Source: Felis catus (taxonomy: Eukaryota). Taken from it: a DNA stretch of 64,000 nt. The DNA lies in assembly GCF_018350175.1 (NCBI RefSeq), contig NC_058368.1:119786001-119850000 (forward strand), given 5' to 3'. Below the pieces are notes generated by a model. That model ran no database searches and was not told the origin of the DNA. It was given only the letters and a program-made list of their open reading frames with translations. The translations under genes and the position numbers were made by a program. This document shows, piece after piece, positions 52,742 to 64,000 of this stretch. The first letter of the stretch is position 1. Each line of letters begins with the position of its first letter.

Positions 52742-52970
52742 GGGGGCGCCTGGGTGGCTCAGTCGGTTGGGCGTCTCACTTTGGCTCAGGTCACGATCTC
52801 GTAGCTTGTGAGTTCAAGCCCCACGTCGGGCTCTGTGCTGACAGCTCAGAGCCTGGAGCCTGCTTCAGATTCTGTGTCTCCCTCTCTCTCTCAGCCCCTC
52901 CTCCGCTCAGTCTGTCTCTCTGTCTCTCTTTTTCTCTCTCTCAAAAATAAGTAAAAACATTAAAAAAAAA
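52742..52970 (+). mobile_element. Can-SINE
   Basis: Near-consensus; TSD-like tgaagcttcagg / tgaagctttagg. Confidence 0.96.
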
Positions 52971-52999
52971 TGAAGCTTTAGGGACAGGCAGAGATCTGT

Positions 53000-53200
53000 A
53001 GGATCCTTGCCACTGCTTCATCCTAGCTATGAGACTTAGCATAATTTTCAGTCTCTGGGCCTCAGTGTCTTCACTTGTAAATTTGGCATAATACATTGAA
53101 GTTATGTTATAATTGTGGGAATTAGGTAATGCATGCAAAGTGCTCAGACCAGTGCCTCACATATTATAAGAACTCTGTAATGATGCGTGTATTATTATCA
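53000..53200 (+). mobile_element. MIR SINE
   Basis: tctctgggcctcagtgtcttcacttgtaaa...aatgcatgcaaagtgctcagaccagtgcct. Confidence 0.8.
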
Positions 53201-53782
53201 CATATTTGTATCCATGTGAAAATATTTGAGAGGTGAGAGGAAGAAATCCTCTAGCTGTAACATATCATGGTAGTGCTGTCTTACCACTGGAGAGTTTTCC
53301 TAGATGTGAGGAACTAGCATTTAATGATACCAAATAATATGCAAATGCATTCAAACATTGAATTTCTGTAGGTAGATGCACATTCCTGTGACCTAGTTTA
53401 TTTGAATAGCGTGGAATAAAAGTAAGGAGCTTGAAACTTATCTACATTGTTTTAAAGGAGAAAAAGCCATAAAATATTTGCTCCTTGAGAAGAATTTAAG
53501 CAATTTGGAAATACATACTTGCTATATCTTCTTGACTTGAACTCACCCCCAATTGCAAGACTTATTATATATTATTAAGAGTTTTCTGGCAGAAGGGAGC
53601 AAACAAAACTTAATTAGATGCATATTTTGATTATATGGTAAATTCTGATTTCATAAATATTAAAATGTGGAGAAAAAGTAACTTTTACTTGAGAAAATAT
53701 GACATTTAAGAAGAATACCTCATGTATTAGTTTTACTCCGTAAGATAACCTTTATTAACCATCATAATATATTTTCTAAGCT

Positions 53783-53987
53783 GTTTGTTTGTTTGTTTGT
53801 TTGTTTGTTTATTTAGAGCATGCACAAACAGGGAAGGGGCAGAGAGGGAGGAAGACAGATTCTGAAGCAGGCTTCAGGCTCTGAGCTGTCGGCCCAGAGC
53901 CTAATGCGAGGCTTGAACTTACAAACTGAGAGATCATGACCTGAGCTAAAATTGGACACTTAGCCAACTGAGCCACCCAGCCTACCC
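53783..53987 (-). mobile_element. Can-SINE with (GTTT)n tail
   Basis: ctgaagcaggcttcaggctctgagctgtc...gagatcatgacctgagc...actgagccaccca. Confidence 0.93.
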
Positions 53988-55504
53988 TAAGGTCTTTAAA
54001 ATAAGTACATAGTACATACACAAGAACACATGTCTATACACGAGTTAACTTTATTTTATAAAAATATGTTAACGTATATGCTATATATGATATCTGCTTA
54101 GAAACACTACATGTATTTAGTATATATAAAAATATGTATCATAAACACCATTCTGCAACCTACAAAAAATCTGTAACTCATTTTTATCAATGTATCACAG
54201 ACTTTATCAGTCATATTCATCTACTTAACTGTAAGAACTGTTACTGATTATTGTATATGTGTTTAATTATTGACTTTATTATTCCCTTATTGGTATTGTT
54301 TATTAGATCTTAAAGTTTTGTTATCATGGAGTCCTTTGAAAATCTAATTATATGTGTGGGACCTTTTAGCATTCCCAATTTATAGAGACTTTGTGGTACC
54401 CCTGGAGGTCATCCTTAACCCCTCTCTTCCCCACCACTACAGCCAGTTAAGACCCATGGAACTCCCAAACTCAGCAGAAATTACTTGTGTATGTAATCAC
54501 ACATGCAAACAATAATAAACTGTAAAACACAAAACTTTATGTTGAAATTAAAATACCTTAGTTCTAGATTTTATGATTGCAAAAATTGGAATGCACTCAT
54601 TGAAAAAGAAAGATGCCATTTATGGGGATTCCTGTTTTGCTGGGTCTGAAGCATGTACTCAGTCTGTGTATTAGTTAATATAAAAACAAACTACCCATGT
54701 GAACCAGAAAGCAGTCAGTTTCTTAGTGAATTTCAATTGAGACTTAAAAATCAGAACATATTCTGATACCCTAGGATTTATCTTGCAACTTTTCTTCTAC
54801 AACGTGGTGTATTTGAAGGTATTAGAGCCAATAATAGCTAACATTTGCTGAGGACTCAACTTGTTCCAAGCTCGTTATTAAGTACTTTACATGCCTTATC
54901 TTAGTTGGTCTCTACAGCATTCCCAGGAGTTGAAGGATTTTATCAACCTAATTTTATAGATGAGGGAACCTAATTATAGAGACTGAGTGACTTGGCCAAA
55001 GTTTTGGAATCAAAAAACAAACCTACTACTGCCATGTCCATGGTTTCCCTCTACCCATTCTATGGATTGGCACTCACTTATTATTGTGGATGATAATGAC
55101 ATTGAGCATATTTTTTGAGATGTTCTCTGGTTATCTGCTGTTCACATGACCTTAACTTTGCGGATCAAAACAAAAATATAAATTTATGTTCTTGCTATTC
55201 AGTTCGGAGGCTTGTAAGAGGAATGTTTAGAAAATGGCCATAAACGTTTAAGGAATATCAGATCTCCAAACTAAACTTCAAACTAAATTTCTATGTTAGG
55301 AAATTGAAGCTTCCAGAAGAGTGTCACCCATTGGGAAGAGACAAGTAGTGGGCACATGGTGGACTATCCAGAAGACCTGCATAATGTGGTGTATCTCTCA
55401 CCTTCTGTGGGCCTTAGTGTCCTTCCATAAATTAGCGGGCAGCTATACAGCCTGGAACCTACTCACAGTTCTCAAATTAATGTATCTTCCTACCATTATT
55501 TCTG

Positions 55505-55722
55505 TTTTCTTTTTTTTTTTTTTTTTAAGTTTATTTATTGATTTTGAGAGAGAGGGAGAGCACAGGTGGGGGCAGGGCAGAAAGAAGGGAGAGAGAATCC
55601 TGAGCAGACAGTGCAGAGCCCAGTGCACCCATTGCAGAGCCCAGTTCGATCTCATGAACTGTGAGATCATGACCTGACCAAAACCAAGAGTCAGATGCTT
55701 AATCGACTGAGCTACCCAGGTA
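55505..55722 (-). mobile_element. Can-SINE with a small internal duplication
   Basis: tgcagagcccagt occurs twice in the body; reverse head present. Confidence 0.92.
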
Positions 55723-56259
55723 CTCCTCTTTATTTTTTAACCTATCCTTTTTCTGTAGTTTCTGTCAATTGATCCTTTATAATCATTCTCTACTCTCCTT
55801 CTTCCTTTCTTTTATTCTAGATTTGTTGAGGCCAATCTCAGGCCTGTATTAGGAATACACCATGCTGGTTTCAGGCTTCCTTTTTTTTTTTTTTTCCTTT
55901 CCCCTCTAGCTATTCCCCTTGCCCAGAATGCCCTTCCTGTTCTGTTCTCTCTATTAAAATCCTATCTATTTTTCTAAATCAGCTTAAGTCTAGTAAGGTC
56001 AGCTCATTTGAGAGAAATATTTCTGTAGCTTCTGAGACATTGAAAGGAAAAATCTTAGCCTTTGTTGACCTCCCTCCAGGAGCTTGTAGAACACAATTAA
56101 GTTCTCACTTCTTCGGAGTTTATTGCTCTCTTGTTTCATTTGTGAATGTCCTTTTACTAAAAAGATAGCAAAACTTTTAAGGCAGGGACTATGTCTGATG
56201 CTTCTATAATTCCCATATAACATGGCTAAAATCCACTACAGTCTTAGTGAAATGTGTAT

Positions 56260-56505
56260 GTGCTACGGTCTGAATGTTTTTGTGCCCACAGTACTCATCT
56301 GTTGAAATCCTAACCCCCAAAGATGCTAGTGTTAGTAGGTGGGGCCTTTGGAAGGTGATTCCGTTTTGAGAATAGAATCCTCATGAGTGGGATTCATCCT
56401 CTTATAAAAGAGTCTCCAAAGAAATCCCTAGTCCATTCAGCCAGGTGAGGATACAAGAAATTTGCAGCCTGGAGGAAAGTCCTCACCTGACCTTGCTGGC
56501 AGTTC
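56260..56505 (+). mobile_element. MaLR LTR (MLT1A-like), 5' part
   Basis: tgctacggtctgaatgtt...tgttgaaatcctaaccccc...ggtggggcctttggaaggtgatt. Confidence 0.85.
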
Positions 56506-56949
56506 CCTCTTATCTCAGGTGTTACTCCAGCATGTAACCTTATGTGATGTAGGATGAGAATCTATGGCCTCTTCTTGAAGTTTGGATTCTTGCGGGACAG
56601 ATTGTGACAGAGAAGAACACACTATAGCCATCAAATTTATTGAATATTTCTCATACCAGGCACTGTGTAAATAAGATATAACCATTGTATGCTCTCTCTC
56701 TCTGGAAGGTCGCGGCTCAATGGAGTTAACAATAATGGATGGAACAGGGAATTGTCCAAGGGATTCACAGGGTGGCTACACTTGAGCTGGGCCTGGAAGA
56801 AGAAGCCAGAGTTTGTTAGGCAGAGAAGGAAGCGAAGGAAAATGTTGGAGCTTAAACTTGTCAAGTTGCCCACAATTCTCTGTGTTCTCCTTTGTCTACT
56901 CCCCCGGGGAAAATACCTTTTTTTTTTTTTTTTTTTTCCTTCTCTTTAG

Positions 56950-57100
56950 CTAAATCCCTGCTTGTTAAAGTGTGCTCCCAGGGCATCTGCTTGGAATCAC
57001 CTGGGGTGCTTGTGAAAATGCAGAGTCTCAGGCTCCATCCCAGAGGTGCTGAAATAGAATTAGTAGGGCTTGAGTACAGGCATTTATGTTTGTAATAGGC
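56950..57100. mobile_element. MER5A-like hAT MITE
   Basis: ggaatcacctggggtgcttgtgaaaatgcagagtctcaggctccatcccaga. Confidence 0.8.
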
Positions 57101-58109
57101 ACAGACTCAGCGATGCTTAGAAATTTATGCTAATTCCATTTTTTGAAGCTCCTAGCATATGAAATTGGAGAAATGCCACAGTAGGAGGAGCAAATCTCTG
57201 ACTTTTAATATCGTTACATTTAGTGAATTATTTTAACATAGGTTCAAAATAGAACGACTGTATGTATAATCTCACTTGGTGATAGCGCAGAGTTAACATC
57301 TGGGACCCTGGGACAAACAATACTCCAAGCCCCTGACCGCTACTCCATTGTCTGCCCCCTCTCCCCCACCATTTACATATTCCTTGGGGGCATCTTACAC
57401 GGTTTGCCAGGTGCTAGTCTCCATACCCACATTTGGATTTGCTGTATGGTTGTCTGACCTCAGTCTTCAGAGGAAACTGAGGCTCAGAAGGTTCAGCGAG
57501 TGAGAGAGATACATCTGTATCTGTCTTCATATTTCTATCTTTCTATCATATACACACATTAAGATCACATTTTTATGACTGAAAGGATCTTTGAGATCAC
57601 ATGTCCATTTGCTCATTTTCCAAATGAGAAGAGCATGCTGAGGATACAGTATGCCACTAATAAACACTTCCTGAATTGGAAACTGCACTTCTGCAGGTGC
57701 TTAATAAGCCTCATCTCTGTAGGACTGATTATAAATGGAACAGCCTCCCAGAATGTTTCTCACAGTTTAGGTTACCGGTTCTCCTTGTTACAAACACTTC
57801 AGACTGTTTGTAGCAGAATCATTTCTGCTCAACACCTGTCAGATGGTGGTGTGAGGTGATAGAGCCCAGGTACTCTTCAATGGAGCCAAATTCTCCTAAG
57901 TAGGTGTCGTTAGCTCTCTTTAGTGAAGAGAGTGGTCTTATTTATCATAAATGAACAGCACAGAGTCAAAGTTGGGAGTTTTGCAATGTTTATACTGTAC
58001 TTCTTTACTTTTTATTAAACTCTGATTTGGTCTATATTGCATTCTAATAAGTCATGTCTACTTTTTATCCCCTGGTGAGATTTTCTTGCTCCTACCTCTA
58101 GAAGAGTGG

Positions 58110-58298
58110 CCAGTGCCCTAGCAGACATTTGGCCTTGCCTGGAGACATTTTTGGTTGTCTTAATGGAGGTGGGTTGTCTTAGTGGAGTGGGTAGAGGCTG
58201 GGAATGCTGCTTAGTGTCCTACATTGTATAGGACAGCCCCCAGTGACAAAGCATAATCCAACATTAGATGTCAATAGTGCCAAAGTTGAGAAATCCCA
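58110..58298. mobile_element. MER20-like hAT MITE
   Basis: ctggagacatttttggttgtc...gggtagaggctgggaatgctgct...atgtcaatagtgccaaagttgagaaa. Confidence 0.9.
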
Positions 58299-58351
58299 TT
58301 CTAGAATGAGCGTTCTTAACCTGGGGGTGCTGACAGTCTGGGAGTCTGCGG

Positions 58352-59257
58352 GTGCCACAATTACACTAAATATTTTACTCAGAATATCTTTATATACTAA
58401 AAACAGATAACATTTAGAAATCTCATTATGGATACAAAACACTTGCCAAATTAGGGTGTGTTCTCATCACAATCTGGAGCCTATATAGCTAAAAAACCTG
58501 TAAGAAATTCAAAATCTGCATAAAGCTTAAGGAATTTATGGACCCCTGACTTTTTTTTTTGCAAAACTCTGTGTGTGTGTATACATTATTTGCAGGAGAA
58601 GGTCTATGATTCCCATCAAATTATCAACCCTCAAAGATGACAGCTGTCAATGCTTCTGTCCCTGTCATTTTTCATCTCAAGAATGTTTTCTCCAGTGCTT
58701 TTTCCTAACCATGCCTCTTACCTTCATTGAAAACTTATTTCATATGGCTCTGTAAATGTGTCCAGATGAGTAGGGTAAGTGTTTGTCCTGAGATACTGGG
58801 GACATGCCAGATCTAATTATCAATAACATCCCCTTTCACTCTCAGATATATCAGATCTGGGTTTGGATGGTAAGTTAATAAGGCTGCTAGTCAGAGGCAT
58901 TGCATCCATCTCAAGTCTCTCCGTGATTTTAGGAATCCCTCACTGTGGAGGCATAAACTGTATGTTTAAAAAAATCATGAGTGAAAAATACACAAATATA
59001 CAGAACCCCTTCATTGCTGACTACCACCTCAGGCTATGTAATCCTTTTGGGGTATAGGAGGAGGAAAGACTCTACGACAAGTGCCACAATTACACTAAAT
59101 ATTTTACTCAGAATATCTTTATATACTAAAAACAGATAACATTTAGAAATCTCATTATGGATACAAAACACTTGCCAAATTAGGGTGTGTTCTCATCACA
59201 ATCTGTAGCCTATATAGCTAAAAAACCTGTAAGAAATTCAAAATCTGCATAAAGCTT
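58352..59257 (+). repeat. 177-bp direct repeat pair (58352-58528 and 59081-59257)
   Basis: gtgccacaattacac...ctgcataaagctt identical by eye apart from ctggagcc vs ctgtagcc. Confidence 0.97.
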
Positions 59258-59308
59258 TAGTCCCAGGAGAGGCAAATTTTATATAATTTGTTCTTGTTAG
59301 GAGGCTAG

Positions 59309-59310
<2 letters not shown>

Positions 59311-59360
<50 letters not shown>
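59311..59360. repeat. (GT)n microsatellite
   Basis: Seen directly. Confidence 0.98.
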
Positions 59361-59362
<2 letters not shown>

Positions 59363-59478
59363 TACATGTTTGTCTAGAAATTGCTTGTGGGAAAGTCACT
59401 TAACATTTTTCTGGATTCAAGAAAATAATTGTAAGATGAGGGAGTTGGAGTAAATTTTCTCTAAAATCATTTCCAGTC

Positions 59479-59685
59479 GGGGCGCCTGGGTGGCGCAGTC
59501 AGTTAAGCGTCCGACTTCAGCCAGGTCACGATCTTGCGGTCCGTGAGTTCGAGCCCCGCGTCGGGCTCTGGGCTGATGGCTCAGAGCCTGGAGCCTGTTT
59601 CCGATTCTGTGTCTCCCTCTCTCTCTTCCCCTCCCCCGCTCATGCTCTGTCTCTCTCTGTCCCAAAAAATAAACGTTGAAAAAAA
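59479..59685 (+). mobile_element. Young feline Can-SINE (SINEC_Fc-like)
   Basis: Near-consensus; perfect 17-bp TSD taaaatcatttccagtc (59462-59478 / 59686-59702). Confidence 0.97.
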
Positions 59686-60330
59686 TAAAATCATTTCCAG
59701 TCTAAGGTTCCATGTCTGTTCATTTACTTATTTACTCTTTCATTCATTCCTTATTCCCTCATTCATCTCTCTAAAGAAATTGGACACTTGCTGTCAGCTA
59801 GGTCCTGTGCATGGCCCTACAGGTGTGGACACAAGAATTGAAATTTTAGACCCAGTAGGGAAAGAGGGTAGTCTGTACCCAGGGTACTATGGGAGTGTGC
59901 AGGTGAGTTCCCTACTATACCTAGGGAAATGGGGAAAGGTGATACATACAAGGAGAGGAAAATGTGTTCTTTTACCATTTGAATATAATTCAGTAATGAA
60001 TTCCTGTGGGAAGGCGAGAGGTCCTCCACTAGATTATAGACTTCTCTTCGGCAAAAAAATCCCCTTTTCCCTTTGAATCTCTCGTATAAGAGTGCTGAAG
60101 GGTGGTGATGAAGGGTACAGGCTTTGCTCATTTAAACAGGGTTTGATCTCAGATCCAGGACTTACTCACTGTGTCATCTTGGGCAAGAGTTCACTTCCTA
60201 ATAGCACATTTTCCTCGTCTGTCGAGTGGGAATAATAATAGAATTATCCCTGGTTATTTAATAGTATTAGTAGCATTGAAGAAAATGATGTGTATAAAGC
60301 ATCTGTAAGTAGTCATAAGGAGTTAGTTCT

Positions 60331-60535
60331 GGGGTGCCTGGGTGGCTCAGTGGGCTAAACTTCTAACTCTTGATTTGGGCTCAGGTCATGATCTCATGGT
60401 CTCATGGTTGGTGAGTTTGAGCCCCACGTTGGGCTCTGCCCTGACAGTGTGGAGTCTGCTTGGCATTCCCTCTCTCTCCTTTTCTCTCTGACCCTCCCTC
60501 CCCCTTCCTCTATAAATAAACATGAGAAAAAAAAG
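60331..60535 (+). mobile_element. Can-SINE
   Basis: ggggtgcctgggtggctcag head; ctcatggt micro-duplication. Confidence 0.93.
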
Positions 60536-60542
60536 AAGTTTT

Positions 60543-60760
60543 GGGGCTCCTGGGTGGCTCAGTCAGTTAAGCATCCGACTTTGACTTTGTCTCATGGTTC
60601 ACGAGTTCGAGCCCCTCATTGGGTTCTGTGCTGACAGCTCAGAGCCTGGAGCCTGCTTTGGATTCTGTATCTCCCTCTCTCTGCCCCTCCCCCACTTGTG
60701 TGTGTGTGCTTGCTTGCTCTCTCTCTCAAAAATAAATAAACATTAAAAAAAAAAAAAAAG
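60543..60760 (+). mobile_element. Can-SINE, tandem with the previous copy
   Basis: ggggctcctgggtggctcagtcagttaagc head; aagaagtt on both sides. Confidence 0.94.
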
Positions 60761-60999
60761 AAGTTGTCATTATTACCTGGTGTTGAATGTGAGTGTCAGG
60801 ATTGAATGAGCATGGGCTGTTAGCATCTGGCTGACTTGAGTGCAGAGTCAAGTCCGGCTATTTACTATGTGATACTGGGAAAGGGACTTTTCAGTCCTAG
60901 CCTCAGCTTCTTTATCAGTTAAATGATAATAACACCTATCACACAGAGTTCTTGCAAAGATTGAGAAGACAGTACAGGATGATTGGCACTTAGCAATAG

Positions 61000-61117
61000 T
61001 TTTTTTTTTTTATATGAAATTTATTGTCAAATTGGTTTCCATACAACACCCAGTGCTCATCCCAATAGGTGCCCTCCTCAATACCCATCACCCACCCCCT
61101 CATCAACCCTCAAACTG
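61000..61117 (-). mobile_element. Very short 5'-truncated feline-type L1 3' end
   Basis: polyT + atatgaaatttattgtcaaattggtttccatacaacacccagtgctcatccca; TSD agcaatagtttt on both sides. Confidence 0.88.
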
Positions 61118-64000
61118 AGCAATAGTTTTTTTTTTTAAGAAATGTTCTCTTTTCTTAATCCATTCTTTAATTTACATTGCTCCTTAACTGAAAACTTCTA
61201 TAAAGACCCTCTTTCACTCATTTACTTATTTTTTTAAAAATGTTTATTGTGTATTGAATTCAATCCAGTGCTCAAGACCAGGGAGGATGGCACCCATATT
61301 TTATCTGATTTATCCCTTCACCCTCCTTCTGTGGTATGGCCCCTGTGGTAATAGCTTTAGCCCTGTATCTCTGCACACATATTCTCTGCCCTTGCCTCTT
61401 CCTACTCCTTTGTGCTAGGCTCTTCCCTCCCACATGAATACTTGACAAGTCAGCACAATCTCTGCTCCAGGAGCATTGGGGCAAACTGGAAAGGAGCAAG
61501 TTTTCAGAGAACAGCCGCCTCTGGAGAGGCTGTGTGGCCAAGAGTAGGACGGCATGTGCTGAGGCGTCTACTTGCATTTCATTCTCACCTCCTGTGTGCA
61601 CACCAGGGTCTGTCCCTGGGTAGCACCTCTCAGAGATCATCAGTAACTGCTGAGAAAGCCACCCTCTTGTCCTTTGTCTTCTGCCTCCTTGAATCTCTTC
61701 CTGGGCATGAATTCCCTTCATTTGAATTATGTGTAGTAACCCAGGTATAGTACAGCTTGATGGGTTTTATTTAGTTTGGTGGTACATGGTTTTTTCATAC
61801 AACTCATATTTTTGTGTGTGTGAAATCTATCCCTATATTTAAAAGAAAAAAATTTAAAAAAGGTCTTTTAGATGATTGGATTGTTAAACCCTTTATTCTA
61901 AGATACTTGATTCCCTATGGTCACTTTTGGAACCAAAATAGTATCCTAAGACCATAAACAACAAATGAATGATCCAAAACAAGTCTAAGCCTCTTTCCTG
62001 CTTTTGAATCCGGGCATTTTGGGTGCAGTGATATGTAGGTAAGGCTGTGGTGGCACTTCTAAGCTTATGCACCTGCAATTCTTGAATCTAAGCCACTGCT
62101 GCTGAGTTTTCATCAAAAAGGACACACTAAAAAGGAGGGTTAGGAACAGATTTTTACTTTTCATTTTTTATTGCTCTCTGCCCTAGTGAGTGTACTTGGA
62201 TGAGATTGAGAACTGGTGGCAAACACCAAATGCACATTGTAGCCCGCTGGCTTCCAGAATGCCAGGCAGAGCAATACTTATGACTGCAGAGATGACCAAC
62301 GGGAAGTGCAGCAAATGGCATTTTATTGTGCTAGGCTCTGAAAAATAAAGAAGCACTTATTAATATGTAACTACACAGTCATTACATATTTATGCTCTAT
62401 AGAATATGCAATTAGAGCTACCCTGACTGTATAATTTATCGTTGGTAGACATAGTTAAGACTGTTCAGATAACCATGTACTGTAATTATGTAGTAATTGC
62501 TATTCTTTGAGTAAAAGTAGTAACCAGTAAAGTGAAAACTGTCAAGTAATTGCTTTGTAATTATTTGCGGGAAGGAATTGTTCCAAGTAAAACAACTGGA
62601 GATAAACAGATGAATCTTTCGTTTGATAGGCAATGCTAGCCAGCTATCAGAAGCCCTGCAGTCATCTCAAGAGAAATGCCATGGTATTTTGATTTATTAT
62701 TTATTTATTTTTACCTTAAGCAATTTGGGCAGCATGGTCTCCTTAGAACACATCCAACTTATGGCTCTTTTAGTGGCTGTCATTAGCAGCAGCTTTCAAA
62801 ACTGGGTGCAAGTTAATTTGCGAGCAGAGTAAACCTCTTTTTTTTTTTTCCTGCATCTCCCTTATTTGCTTCCTTGATGAAAAGTTGTCATTACCACAAA
62901 CATGGCAGTGAGGTCACCAGTCCTAGGAGCATTTCCATTTGCTATTTTTAACAGTAACTGGGACAACTCTTTTTGTACCCCAATTTCCGTGTTGTGAGAG
63001 CGTTTAAAAGATTACTCTTGGAGACATTTTGATATGCTATAGCTACTCATTTATTTGGTGCTGGAGGGAGTGGGGAGGAGAAAGATAATGTACTCAAGCC
63101 ACTCATCTAGATTGTCTTATGCTCTATAAAGGTGCACTTTATTTATTTAATATTTACTTATTTTTTTAATCATGATTTCTGACTAGATCAATTAGGGAGC
63201 TTTTTGTTTGTCTAGTTGGCAGGGACAGGGGAGGGGGGAGACAGTTGTAAACTAATTAAGTCCATGCCAGATAAACATTTCTTTTCCCACTTGTTTCCTA
63301 TTCCCATTTGAAATTCGGGTAACACAAATTGCATGCATCTTCAGGAACAAAACCAATAAGGATCAATACTCTTTGTTAGTTGCTTGAGGTTACTCTAACC
63401 TGTTAAATTTCCCTGAAAAATCCTTGTGTTGTAGGTAATGTAAAATGCACTGGGATGTGAGTAGCAATCAAACTGTGTAGTTTCTCAGATATAAATGAAT
63501 GTGTTCATCTGCACCCAGTTACAATCAATGGATAACCCAGTAAAGGATTAGAGTCTGTATAGCAGGTGAGGGCATAGTAGACAACTTATTTTTTGAAGTT
63601 TATTTATTTTCTATGTGTCATAAAGGCAAAAGCACATAAAGGCAAAAGCACATATATAGTATACCAAGTTGAAACAACTCTCAGATTTACTGTTAAGTAA
63701 AAAATACTGGTGAAGAAATGCATGAATATTATCCTGCCACTGGTATAAAATTAATTGGCTATTGATCTATGATTATTGATACACACATTATTGTTAGAAG
63801 GCTACTCAATATGCTGGTGACAAAGTTTGACTTTGAGAGGAATGATGGGATTGGGATTGGAAGGAAGTGTACTTTTACATTAACATATTTTTTACATATG
63901 CATGTTTTACCTACTCAAAATCTATATGTACATACACATATATATTTACATGGATTAGAAAAGAACCTGATACTAATAAATGCTCAGTGAAGATTAGCTG

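Noticed and set aside
59534..60076. 180-aa ORF
   Set aside because: N-terminus is translated Can-SINE and the rest is L2-like sequence.
1..64000. CRISPR arrays, operons or other prokaryote-type systems
   Set aside because: Sequence is mammalian repeat-rich DNA; no regularly spaced repeat-spacer array or gene-dense region is present.

Overview
Mammalian non-coding DNA, almost certainly from a felid: about 28 carnivore tRNA-derived Can-SINEs, including near-consensus feline SINEC_Fc-type copies, and a short feline-type L1 3' end. These sit on an older background of MIR, L2, L3/CR1, MaLR (MLT1) LTRs, hAT MITEs (MER3, MER5, MER20, MER94) and old L1 fragments, plus many microsatellites. I could not recognise any protein-coding gene or RNA gene. 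The supplied ORFs are consistent with chance ORFs or translated repeats. Most recognisable L1 pieces lie on the - strand, which weakly suggests a long intron of a + strand gene. The most notable features are: a 177-bp, 1-mismatch local duplication flanking a candidate 24-nt microexon; two other candidate cryptic exons (one encoding an MGNEQS myristoylation-like start); an L1 with a twin-priming-type inversion and ~200-bp overlap; a SINE head containing copies of its own 3' flank; serial SINE insertions at one target site; and repeat-free blocks with hairpins that may be conserved regulatory elements. I found no convincing novel biological system. Repeat family names come from recall of consensus sequences, and boundaries are approximate.
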